A stretch of DNA of 64,000 nucleotides from Patescibacteria group bacterium (lineage in GTDB: Bacteria; Patescibacteriota; Patescibacteriia; UBA9570): NCBI GenBank assembly GCA_024277435.1, contig JAJRVJ010000010.1, positions 23,663 through 87,662 of the forward strand, written 5' to 3'. Positions 43,651-53,253 of this stretch are shown piece by piece (within the stretch, counting starts at the first letter, position 1; each line of letters starts with the position of its first letter). Position numbers and translations under genes: made by a program. A model generated the notes under the pieces. That model ran no database searches and was not told where the DNA came from. It saw only the letters and a list, made by a program, of their open reading frames with translations.

Positions 43651-45151
43651 ATAAACGATTTTTCACTCTAGGCCAAAATGTATCCCAGGTAACCGCTTCT
43701 TTTGTAGCGGTAATATGAATTGCGCGCACCTTTAAGCCTTGTGGTGATTGCTCAAGCCCTGGGGCTGACAATATAAAATCAAGCGTTGTAGGATCTTCAC
43801 GATACGCTTGAGATACATCAAATGTTGCGGTGGCTATTGTCCAACTACGTAGTCGCTCTGGAAATGTATACTGTTTTGAAATAATGTAATCTAAATTTGT
43901 AAGGCTCGCATAATGCGTAAGTGGCTCAAATCCAAACAGTGGATCGAACCAACTATTTTCATCTACACTTAATATTCCTGTGGTAATTAATTGCACATCA
44001 TTTTGAGGCACTTCAAAACTGTGAAAATAATTTGGAATTGGGTTATTCCACTGGAATGGAGCGTTATCCTTAGGGATCACGAATTCCCCATCATAAAAAT
44101 CTATTGATCCTACGCCATACTGATGTTTTGCGAGTAACGTGATGAAATGTGCGTTACTATATACTGTAGTACTGTCTGTGACAATATCCGGAATTGTATT
44201 TTGATACTCTGGCGATCCTGCTAAATGCAAGTTACCTTTAAACACAAGTTTATGTTGTGATGATGTGATATTTGTAAAAATAATATCATCATTAGCTTCT
44301 AATACAATTCGATAAATACCTTCCTTTAGATCCTTTAGCTCAACACTAGCGGTGCGCTCTCCCCGCGACACACCCGAAATACCTTCATCGCCATCATCTG
44401 CAAATTCTTGTACAGCACTGACGTTACCAACATAATACACCGTAATTTTTACTGGATCTGGCCCAGCTCCGTAATTAATATCCTGATAGGTTGCTGAAAA
44501 ACGTAAATCCTCATCTTTAATATATGTATAGAGCTCATGGCGACCACGTAAAGGTGTGGTAAATTCCGTTCCCTCCTCTGACGGCTCATAAGTTGGATCG
44601 ATAAACGGAAATTCTAGGGATGTTAAAAATGTACCTACTCTAGCATCAGTTGGTGGGGTTTCTAAAAATTCTTCTACTGAATTATATGTCGGTTCTTTTT
44701 GTAGAAGAATATAATCATCATTTTCCGTTGCATCCCAAACACTATCATCAACCAATGGATTTTCGAGTGGTTTAAAATCATAATTCCAAGCCTCTTCATC
44801 GTCGTCGAGGCGCAAACCTATCTGAACGATATTATCATCAGGATTTTGATACTCAATAGTTACCTCGGCTTCTGGATACGGACTGGGTAATTGAACAGAA
44901 AAATATATTGGGTCACCTACGAGTCGCTGATAAAACTCCCCGTTTGATGTATTTTGTTCACGGGTCAGGGCTCTACCTGATGGACCAAATTCAGAAATTA
45001 TCCCAGGCTCTTCATTGAAATAGTATGAATACGAAAATTCTCCATGAGGAGCATAGTAAATAACTAGTACATATCCCAGAATAGATACTCCTAGAATACT
45101 CAGCCCTATTCTCCACCACCACTGCAGTATACTTACGTTTTTATTAACCAT
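43640..45151 (-). CDS. membrane-anchored extracytoplasmic protein of unknown function
   Basis: 503 aa. One N-terminal TM (WWWRIGLSILGVSILGYVLVIYY) followed by a large soluble domain. First gene of the minus-strand rml operon. Confidence 0.55.
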   Translation of the reverse strand: MVNKNVSILQWWWRIGLSILGVSILGYVLVIYYAPHGEFSYSYYFNEEPGIISEFGPSGRALTREQNTSNGEFYQRLVGDPIYFSVQLPSPYPEAEVTIEYQNPDDNIVQIGLRLDDDEEAWNYDFKPLENPLVDDSVWDATENDDYILLQKEPTYNSVEEFLETPPTDARVGTFLTSLEFPFIDPTYEPSEEGTEFTTPLRGRHELYTYIKDEDLRFSATYQDINYGAGPDPVKITVYYVGNVSAVQEFADDGDEGISGVSRGERTASVELKDLKEGIYRIVLEANDDIIFTNITSSQHKLVFKGNLHLAGSPEYQNTIPDIVTDSTTVYSNAHFITLLAKHQYGVGSIDFYDGEFVIPKDNAPFQWNNPIPNYFHSFEVPQNDVQLITTGILSVDENSWFDPLFGFEPLTHYASLTNLDYIISKQYTFPERLRSWTIATATFDVSQAYREDPTTLDFILSAPGLEQSPQGLKVRAIHITATKEAVTWDTFWPRVKNRLFGN

Positions 45152-45159
45152 TACTAACT

Positions 45160-45189
45160 ACTATACAGACCAACCTGCAGCCTTGTCAA
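45160..45189 (-). promoter_or_regulatory. sigma70-type promoter for the minus-strand operon (503-aa gene through rfbD), leaderless
   Basis: On the minus strand, TTGACA (45184-45189), 18-nt spacer, TATAGT (45160-45165), then ATG at 45151 only 8 nt downstream. Confidence 0.55.
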
Positions 45190-45211
45190 TTTAATTAATT
45201 AGTGGTATAGT
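45183..45211 (+). promoter_or_regulatory. sigma70-type promoter for the plus-strand glycosyltransferase operon
   Basis: TTGTCA (45183-45188), 17-nt spacer, TATAGT (45206-45211), then ATG at 45234. The -35 shares the palindrome TTGTCAA with the divergent promoter. Confidence 0.55.
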
Positions 45212-45233
45212 AGCGCTTGATTTTAAATATTGT

Positions 45234-46154
45234 ATGTATAGTATTGTTGTTCCAATTTATAACGAATCCGGTAATGTTCGTGAGTTACATAAGCGTTTAG
45301 TTTCGGTGTGTTCGGCATTGGGCGAATATGAATTGATTTTTGTTGATGATGGCAGCTCAGATGGAACTAGCAAGATTCTTAAAGAACTATCTCCTGTTGA
45401 GGTTATTACGTTTAGGAAAAATTTTGGACAAACCGCAGCCCTTGATGCCGGCATCAAGCACGCTAAAGGCGAATACATCATTACGATGGATGCGGATTTA
45501 CAAAATCCACCTGAAGAAATTCCTAAACTGGTAAAAGCCATGAAAGAACAAGGTGTTGATGTAGTTTCTGGCTGGCGTAAAAATCGAAAAGATACCACAA
45601 TGAAACGCTTCGTATCACGCGGTGCTAACGCATTACGTAAATTATTTATTGATGATGGCATTCATGACTCTGGATGCACGTTAAAGATTTATCGAAAGTA
45701 TTGCTTTGAGCAGTTCGATTTATTTGGAGAAATTCATCGCTTTATTCCAGGAATGTTACGATGGCAAGGTTATAGTATCGGTGAAACAGTAGTTGAGCAC
45801 GCCGCTCGAAAATCTGGCACTTCAAAATATGGATGGAAGCGCATCGTTAAAGGTCTAGTAGATATGATAGGTGTGTGGTTCTGGCGCAAATACTCAACTC
45901 GACCACTTCATTTATTTGGTGGCACTGGTCTCACATTTTCATTTATCGGAATGATCGGATTGGCACTGCTAGCATTCGCGCGTATCTTCTTTGCCTACTC
46001 ACTATCGAATAGCATTTGGCCATTAATTTCAATTCTTTTTGTGTTAGTTGGATTACAATTATTGATATCTGGTTTATTAGCAGATATTACTATAAAAAAT
46101 TACTACCAAAATGATCGGCGCCCCTATAAAATTAAGCGCGTTGATCACCAATAA
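45234..46154 (+). CDS. polyprenyl-phosphate glycosyltransferase, GT2 family (GtrB/ArnC/DPM1-like)
   Basis: IVVPIYNESGNV...ELIFVDDGSSDGT...MDADLQNPPEEIP plus two C-terminal TM helices. Confidence 0.85.
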   Translation: MYSIVVPIYNESGNVRELHKRLVSVCSALGEYELIFVDDGSSDGTSKILKELSPVEVITFRKNFGQTAALDAGIKHAKGEYIITMDADLQNPPEEIPKLVKAMKEQGVDVVSGWRKNRKDTTMKRFVSRGANALRKLFIDDGIHDSGCTLKIYRKYCFEQFDLFGEIHRFIPGMLRWQGYSIGETVVEHAARKSGTSKYGWKRIVKGLVDMIGVWFWRKYSTRPLHLFGGTGLTFSFIGMIGLALLAFARIFFAYSLSNSIWPLISILFVLVGLQLLISGLLADITIKNYYQNDRRPYKIKRVDHQ

Positions 46155-46157
46155 TAT

Positions 46158-47330
46158 ATGAACGCCCTGGTGATCGCGCCAACGCCATATTTTTCAGATC
46201 GCGGTTGCCACATACGCATTATTGAAGAAATTACTGCACTGGTTGATGCTGGACATACACCTGTTGTGTATACCTACCATTTAGGTCGCGACGAAGGACC
46301 TGTGCAGATATATCGTACGGTACGTGTGCCATGGTATACAAAAACAGCCGCTGGCCCATCACTACATAAACTATATGTAGATCTATTATTGCTATGGAAA
46401 ATACTACGAACCGCAAAAAAACATAATTTTGATATTATTCACGCCCACCTTCACGAAGGCGCCTGGATAGGCTGGTTTATTAAGCATTGGTTGCGCATCC
46501 CACTAATACTAGATGCTCAAGGTAGTTTGGTTGGTGAATTGCGCAGTCACGCATTTTTCAAGGTACCTGGATTGCGCACTGTGTTTACATTCATTGAAGG
46601 TTGGATTGTGCGACGAGCTGATCATATCTTTACCAGCTCGCAAGCAGCCTACCAATTTATTGGTGAGTATTTTCCAGAAGTAAAACCAAAACTTTCTATG
46701 TTAGGTGATGCTGTTTCCGTACCATCATTTAGCACTGTTTCTGATGACGCTGTTACCAAAATTGCAAGTGAGCTTGATATCGATCAAACTAAACCAGTAG
46801 TAATGTATACTGGCGGATTATCCAAAATCAAGGGAATTGATTTACTATTAGACGCCATACCTAAGGTACTTGAATCTGCTCCGGACACTCAGTTCGTTAT
46901 TATTGGCTACCCAGACATCGATCGTTGTAAAGCGATTGTAAAAAATTTGAATGTACACAACGCCGTGCGCTTCCCTGGTAGGGTGAACTACTTTGATTTG
47001 CCAACCTATTTGCGATTAGCAGATATTGCTATTGATCCCAAACCGAGCGGCGCTGGTGAAGCAAGCGGTAAGCTATTGAACTACATGGCTGCCGGACTTC
47101 CTGTTGTGGCATTTGATTCGGTGAATGCACGAGATATGCTAGCAGATTGTGGATCCTTAGTAAGTGATGAACATAGCCCGGCCCTAGCTAACTCTATTGT
47201 TGAATTACTTAACGACACTGCGAAAGCTGAGATGCTTGGTAAGAAAGCGCTACAACGTATTGCTACCGAATACTCATGGCAAGAGCGCATTAAACACGCA
47301 AGTACCATCTATGAGCAACTCACAAAATAA
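46158..47330 (+). CDS. GT4 family (GT-B) glycosyltransferase
   Basis: C-terminal EX7E-like motif EASGKLLNYMAAGLPVV. Glycos_transf_1-like architecture. Confidence 0.8.
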   Translation: MNALVIAPTPYFSDRGCHIRIIEEITALVDAGHTPVVYTYHLGRDEGPVQIYRTVRVPWYTKTAAGPSLHKLYVDLLLLWKILRTAKKHNFDIIHAHLHEGAWIGWFIKHWLRIPLILDAQGSLVGELRSHAFFKVPGLRTVFTFIEGWIVRRADHIFTSSQAAYQFIGEYFPEVKPKLSMLGDAVSVPSFSTVSDDAVTKIASELDIDQTKPVVMYTGGLSKIKGIDLLLDAIPKVLESAPDTQFVIIGYPDIDRCKAIVKNLNVHNAVRFPGRVNYFDLPTYLRLADIAIDPKPSGAGEASGKLLNYMAAGLPVVAFDSVNARDMLADCGSLVSDEHSPALANSIVELLNDTAKAEMLGKKALQRIATEYSWQERIKHASTIYEQLTK

Positions 47331-48732
47331 GGTTCTTGCTAAAAATACCTTATGGCTGATGATAGCTGAATTCAGCAGCCGGATTATTGTATTCTTTGTA
47401 ATAGTTTGGCTAGCAAATTATCTTGGTGATGATTTATACGGTGAACTCAGTTATGCATTTGCTATTGCGAATATATTGGTTGTTGTTGCGGACTTTGGAT
47501 TAAGTACCTATGTTGTCCGCGAGCTATCTCGTGATACTAGTAAAACCCGTGAATTCATCACGCAATTATTGGGATTAAAAATTGTACTGAGCGTACTCAC
47601 TGTTGGCTTAATTATCCTTGTGGGTTGGCTACTAGGAAATATTAATATGCTTGTAGCAGTACTTGGTGGTAGTGCGATTATTTTTGGTAGCAACCGTATG
47701 TTTGTGGAATCATTTTTTCGAGCGCATCAACGCATGGCGTTGGAAGCGATTACAAAAATTATTGGAGGCATACTATTAGCCGGAATATTAAGTTATTTCA
47801 TCTGGCAGCAGGCCGACATTGAATCTATTGCATTGGCATATTTTATTGCAAATACAATATCCATAATTATTGCGCTTGTTGTATTGTATGTAGCAATTAG
47901 CCCGTATCGTATTGCATTTTCTTTACGGCGTTATCGGGCAGTACTGTTGGTAGCTTGGCCATTCGCATTAAGTTTGGCAATCAATTATCTCTATAACTAT
48001 ATGGATTCGGCAATGCTAGGAATGCTGGATCTTAAAACTGCTGCCGGTTGGTATGCTGCGGCCTATAAACCCATTTTCTTTTTAACAGCTGTGGCTGGCA
48101 TGGTGATTAATGCTTTTTTTCCAGTACTATCTAAAAGCTACGCGGAATCGAAAGACAGCCTACAATCCATTGTTTCACAATTATTTAAAATTAATTCAAC
48201 CATTGCTTGGCCAATGGCAATTGGTGGTACTGTTATCGCTACTGACCTAGTTACTCTACTGTACAACCCTGAATACGCTCCGGCCGGTTTAGCTTTTCAA
48301 ATATTAATTTGGAGCACATCATTTATTTATCTGTGGGCAGTATTTGGCAATAGTTTACAAGCCTGTAATCGTGAAAAAACGTATCTCCGTGGATTTGCTT
48401 GGGGTGCAGTACTCAATATCATACTCAATATCATACTCATCCCACTGTATAGCCTGTATGGTGCAGCGGCTGCTACGCTAATTACGCAATTATTCTTATT
48501 CGTCTACATGTACATGCAATTCAAGTCGATTGCTCATGTGCCAATTATTGCAACAACCTGGAAGCCTTTTATTTCTGCTGTGATTATGGGTAGCGTACTT
48601 GTAGTACTTCCGGCGATAGGATTAGTGGGTACAATTCTAGTGGGTATACTAGTGTATATTCTGCTATTATTTATATTACGCGGTATTACTAAAAACGATA
48701 TTACATTTATGCTTTCATTATGGAAAAAGTAG
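47311..48732 (+). CDS. MOP-superfamily polysaccharide flippase (Wzx-like)
   Basis: About 470 aa, 12-14 TM. Start set to MSNSQNKV, which overlaps the GT4 stop. Confidence 0.75.
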   Translation: MSNSQNKVLAKNTLWLMIAEFSSRIIVFFVIVWLANYLGDDLYGELSYAFAIANILVVVADFGLSTYVVRELSRDTSKTREFITQLLGLKIVLSVLTVGLIILVGWLLGNINMLVAVLGGSAIIFGSNRMFVESFFRAHQRMALEAITKIIGGILLAGILSYFIWQQADIESIALAYFIANTISIIIALVVLYVAISPYRIAFSLRRYRAVLLVAWPFALSLAINYLYNYMDSAMLGMLDLKTAAGWYAAAYKPIFFLTAVAGMVINAFFPVLSKSYAESKDSLQSIVSQLFKINSTIAWPMAIGGTVIATDLVTLLYNPEYAPAGLAFQILIWSTSFIYLWAVFGNSLQACNREKTYLRGFAWGAVLNIILNIILIPLYSLYGAAAATLITQLFLFVYMYMQFKSIAHVPIIATTWKPFISAVIMGSVLVVLPAIGLVGTILVGILVYILLLFILRGITKNDITFMLSLWKK

Positions 48733-49586
48733 CAGTAATTATTCTTAACTGGAATGGCCTAGAATTAACAAAGCGTAGCGTTCGTGATGTGCTAGCTTCA
48801 AGTTATCAAGCTGTAGATGTGTATATACTCGATAACGGCTCGAAGAACAATGAAGCCACAAAGCTTATAAAAGAATTTGGCAATACTGTTTTCATTGAAC
48901 GTAGTGAAACTAATCTGGGATTTGCAGGGGGTAATAATCATGTTGTAAATACCCTACTTCCTTCCGAGCAGTACACATACTTCTTGCTACTCAATCAAGA
49001 TACACAAGTAGACTCTGATTGTATTGAGCGGCTTGTAAATCATATGAAGCAAAATAGAATGACGGCAGTGTGTGGACCACTAGTGCTAGAAGCGGATACA
49101 TCGATCGTGCAATCATTTGGCGCCGACATCAACATGAATACAGGAAAAGTTATTAGTAGATTAAAAAATAAGCCCGTTGATACCGTTCCAGATGAACCAA
49201 CTCTCGTAGACTGCGTTGTAGGTAATTGCTTTATGGTGCGCGCTAATATTGTACAGGAATTAGGCCTATTTGACGAACAATACTTTGCCTATTATGAAGA
49301 GGCTGATTGGTGCACCCGCGTTCGGCAGCACGGATATAATTGCATGGTTATTCCGCAGGCCAGAATTTCACATGATAAGGGACATGAATTTCGCACGTAC
49401 TTGAATATACGAAATATGATTTGGTTCGAAAAGAAACTTGCCAGACCCAAACAGCTATTCATATTTTGGTTTCATTTTTGGTTACTGTTTTTTCCTGAAC
49501 GAATCAAAAAGGGCTCACCCATTGGTGAATTATTTAAAGGTGCTATACATGGTTGGCTTGGTCTTAATAAAGGAAAGTTTAACTGA
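48720..49586 (+). CDS. GT2 family glycosyltransferase
   Basis: VAVIILNWNGLELTKRSVRDVL...YILDNGSKNNE...NLGFAGGNN...EADWCTR. Confidence 0.85.
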   Translation: MEKVAVIILNWNGLELTKRSVRDVLASSYQAVDVYILDNGSKNNEATKLIKEFGNTVFIERSETNLGFAGGNNHVVNTLLPSEQYTYFLLLNQDTQVDSDCIERLVNHMKQNRMTAVCGPLVLEADTSIVQSFGADINMNTGKVISRLKNKPVDTVPDEPTLVDCVVGNCFMVRANIVQELGLFDEQYFAYYEEADWCTRVRQHGYNCMVIPQARISHDKGHEFRTYLNIRNMIWFEKKLARPKQLFIFWFHFWLLFFPERIKKGSPIGELFKGAIHGWLGLNKGKFN

Positions 49587-49588
49587 TT

Positions 49589-50485
49589 ATGAAATTTTCA
49601 ATTATTATACCTATCTATAATGACCCTCGTATTGTTGCTTGCGTGCGGAGTCTCACGGAATTAAATTACGATAAAAATGAGTATGAAATTATTATTGTTG
49701 ATAATAATTCTTCTACTAATATCCAGGAACTACTACGAGGCATTGAGTATCGCTACATCCTAGAAACTGCTGCTGGCTCGTACAATGCTCGTAACGCTGG
49801 AATCACAGCTGCTTCTGGTGAGTGGTTAGCATTTACCGATTCCGATTGCGTAGTTGATAAAGAATGGCTATCTACAATTGAGCACTACCTCGCAAAAGAT
49901 GATGTATCTGGAGTAATGGGATATTCAGCTGGTAATAACGCTAATGCTGTAGCTGCGTACGAACAGAAGATGTACGAAGAAAATATTGCTGGTTTCACTG
50001 ACGCTCAAGAACTGCGACGCATCGACACACGTAATTTTGCAGTTAAACGACCCGTAATAGAAACCATCGGAGGATTCACTAAAGATATTAAATATGGCGG
50101 TGATATGGAGTATGGAGCAATGGCTCACGAAGCTGGCTTTACTATGGTATACGCTCCAGACGTTATAGTTACCCATACTAATCCAACACACTTACCAACA
50201 CTTCTCGCTAAACGTGTCCGCCAAAATGCTGGTAATATGCTATTACTTACACATCATACGGATGTGTTTATTCAAGAATATTTCCCGCACTTATTGAGAT
50301 ACAAACCCAGTACTGCAACTTGGTTGCGCTGGGTAGTGCTATGGCCCATCATTAAGCTACACTTCCCATTTTCTGGTATATTCATTACACTGCTACCACA
50401 ACGCATTGGATATTTTTATTTTAAGGCCATGAATGTACTAGCCATGCGGTTTGGTCAATTAAACTACTTTATACATAAACAATGA
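49589..50485 (+). CDS. GT2 family glycosyltransferase
   Basis: FSIIIPIYNDPRIVACVRSL...EIIIVDNNSS...FTDSDC (DxD). Confidence 0.8.
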   Translation: MKFSIIIPIYNDPRIVACVRSLTELNYDKNEYEIIIVDNNSSTNIQELLRGIEYRYILETAAGSYNARNAGITAASGEWLAFTDSDCVVDKEWLSTIEHYLAKDDVSGVMGYSAGNNANAVAAYEQKMYEENIAGFTDAQELRRIDTRNFAVKRPVIETIGGFTKDIKYGGDMEYGAMAHEAGFTMVYAPDVIVTHTNPTHLPTLLAKRVRQNAGNMLLLTHHTDVFIQEYFPHLLRYKPSTATWLRWVVLWPIIKLHFPFSGIFITLLPQRIGYFYFKAMNVLAMRFGQLNYFIHKQ

Positions 50486-51441
50486 ATCATCAAGAACCCC
50501 GTGTAAGCATTGCTGTTTTATCCTGGAACTCAAAAGATATTACCAAAGATTGCATTGAATCAATCCTGGAGAACGTAAAAGTTCCTTACGAATTAATTCT
50601 TATCGAAAACGCTTCTCACGATGGTAGTGCTGAAATGATTCGTAAAGATTATCCTCAAGATAAATTCCCTCAAATTATCTCTATATTTAATGATTAAAAC
50701 CTTGGTTTTGCCGGAGGAAATAACCAGGCCTACGAAATTGCAAAAAGTGAATACTTTCTATTACTAAATTCAGACACAGTTGTTCACGATAATGCGATTG
50801 ATGCAATGGTTGAATATTTGGATACTAACGAAGCGTATGGTGGAGCCACTACTCGCCTACTCAATCCGGATGGCAGCACGCAATATTATATGCATCGTCG
50901 TTTTCCAACTGTATGGCGCTTACTACCATCGCTTTTTCATAAACGCTTCCGTTGGTTTAAACCCTACATGGTTACGCAGTATCTGTACTTAGATAATGAT
51001 TTTTCTAAAGATTTTGATATCGATCAAGCCGCTGGTGCGTGCATGATGGTGCGTAAATCGATTATTGATGACTTTGGCGAATTACTCGATGTCAAACGTT
51101 TTCCACTCTATTATAACGATGTTGAACTCAGTTACCGCTTACATCAAGCTGGCTGGAAAATTCGTTGTTTAAATACCGTAGCTATTACACATTTGAAAGG
51201 CACAAGTGTAAAAACACTTAGCTTCTTTAAAAATGGTAAAGAATACTCCTATGCATCACTCTCGTACTTCAAAAAGCACAAGATGTATTTCAATTATTGG
51301 ATATTAAAACTACTCTACCTCGAATTATTTCTGATTCTGAATATGTTTACTCCTCTTTTATTATTACTAGGAAAAATAGATAAGAAGCAAGCTAAATATC
51401 GCTGGTCAATTATTCCCGTTATCCTTACTCTTCGCCTTTGA
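50482..51441 (+). pseudogene. GT2 family glycosyltransferase interrupted by an in-frame TAA at 50695-50697
   Basis: ORFs 50482..50697 and 50806..51441 are in the same frame. The translation reads ...IISIFND*NLGFAGGNNQAYEIAKSEYFLLLNSDTVV..., so the stop falls just before the conserved GT2 NLGFAGGNN motif. Confidence 0.7.
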
Positions 51442-53253
51442 CCTCTTCGTTAAGAACGAATTGTGGCGCAGAATTTTAATATTTCCATACTCCTCAACTA
51501 GTGAGTAGTTGTTTTTTATATACTTTTGTATCCGAGCATGACGACTGGTTCGAAATAATGAACGAGTTCGCTCATCCTGAATGATATATTCTATTTTTTC
51601 ATCACTAAGATATTCTTGAATTTCAGAAATCGATGGAATAACATTATATGGATCATATGATTTTGGATCATTCGCCTCTGGTATATACACCACTGGATGC
51701 GTGATATTTAATGCCAGTGGCCTACCAGAACGCAATGCAAAAAATGGTACGGCAGTGAATATTTCATCTGTTGGATTGGTATGCGCTTGAATGTATTCAA
51801 CAACATTCCAAGCGTGCCTTACCTCCATCTCAGTTGATGGATTAAATCGCTTCGCATTTTTAGTAACCTTTGGAAAGATAATGAAACTACAAGTCAAAAA
51901 TATAGCTGCCAAAGCAAGTAATTGCTTACTATACTGCGTACGATTTTTCCAAAGAGCCGCATATATTACCGCACCACCTAGCACAAAGCTAAATGCGTAA
52001 TTATACGCATATGTTGGCAGCCAATCACTATAAGTGAGAGATGCTGCAAACATAACCGTTACAGGCAATATTAATACCCCATATTGCCACACGGTAATAT
52101 CTAGCGTAAGCCGCTTATGTTTTTTCCAAAACACTATAGCAGCAATGATTATTGCTATTATCAAACTGATAAAATACCAGCTCCCCTGTGCAGTAAACGC
52201 TAAACTTGGCCCACGTGACGGATGGAATGTTCCAGCAATAATCACATACGCAAGTAATAGAGCCGCTGAATAGACAATTGGCCGCACAATGCTGATGTGC
52301 TTTTTAAATAGTTGAATCCCTCCAATTACCACGAGGCTCATAAATGGAATTATTAACCAACCGCCAATTCTTGCAAAATCATGTATTACACCTATCTTGG
52401 TTGCAATATCGGGCTGCTGCTTATAGACAAATAATACCAACAGCGCAAGATATATCGGCACTGCCAGACAGGTTAACTTACTAACATCATCGCGGATTTT
52501 AGAAAAAATTATACTAGCAATCACCCCTCCAGTTAGTGCGCCAATTAACCCATACACTAGCCCATTAGCTAAATACACATCAGACATCCAGCGCCAATCG
52601 GTGATGACCACAAAATACAATACCGGACCCAGCATAGCTATTCCTAATCCTGAGGAAAACATAATTACGGAAATTATGTTGCGCTGTAAAGAAATTTTCT
52701 TATCCTCAAATAATTGATAGGCAATAAATATTACCATCACTATACCCCATACAATGTAGGCACGATATGATAATACTCCCAGCCCTAAACAGGCTCCACT
52801 AATCAATAACCACCAATTTGAGTGACGTTCTTTCCAGATCAGTAATAATAATATTGCTGCATATAAACCCAAGTCAGAAAATCCTCGTACTTGAAATATT
52901 GCCAGACCAATAGTGGCTAAAGCGGTAATGGTAAAATTATTGAATAACTTATGTGCAGACCACCCAAATAGATACAGTGCTGCACCAGACGCAATTGCAA
53001 CCAGTAATTGCAGGAACTTCACATGTACACCAAATAGCGCTATAGCACCGGCATACACATACAATATAACAATGGATCGAGTAAATAACTCTTTAAATGG
53101 AACAACGCCTTCTGCAACAAGTTTAGCATCATAGATCAAATTATCACTCTCAAAATTAATAATCTCATTTTCAAACCAGAAAATCTGAATAGCATATACA
53201 ACAAAGTATAGTAATACGATTGCTAATAATATATAGTGCTCTTTTCTCTTCAT
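51406..53253 (-). CDS. polytopic membrane protein, putative GT-C fold glycosyltransferase with C-terminal extracytoplasmic domain
   Basis: 615 aa, about 13 TM helices, then a soluble domain of about 170 aa. Adjacent to a PMT/ArnT-like gene. Confidence 0.5.
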   Translation of the reverse strand: MKRKEHYILLAIVLLYFVVYAIQIFWFENEIINFESDNLIYDAKLVAEGVVPFKELFTRSIVILYVYAGAIALFGVHVKFLQLLVAIASGAALYLFGWSAHKLFNNFTITALATIGLAIFQVRGFSDLGLYAAILLLLIWKERHSNWWLLISGACLGLGVLSYRAYIVWGIVMVIFIAYQLFEDKKISLQRNIISVIMFSSGLGIAMLGPVLYFVVITDWRWMSDVYLANGLVYGLIGALTGGVIASIIFSKIRDDVSKLTCLAVPIYLALLVLFVYKQQPDIATKIGVIHDFARIGGWLIIPFMSLVVIGGIQLFKKHISIVRPIVYSAALLLAYVIIAGTFHPSRGPSLAFTAQGSWYFISLIIAIIIAAIVFWKKHKRLTLDITVWQYGVLILPVTVMFAASLTYSDWLPTYAYNYAFSFVLGGAVIYAALWKNRTQYSKQLLALAAIFLTCSFIIFPKVTKNAKRFNPSTEMEVRHAWNVVEYIQAHTNPTDEIFTAVPFFALRSGRPLALNITHPVVYIPEANDPKSYDPYNVIPSISEIQEYLSDEKIEYIIQDERTRSLFRTSRHARIQKYIKNNYSLVEEYGNIKILRHNSFLTKRSKAKSKDNGNN

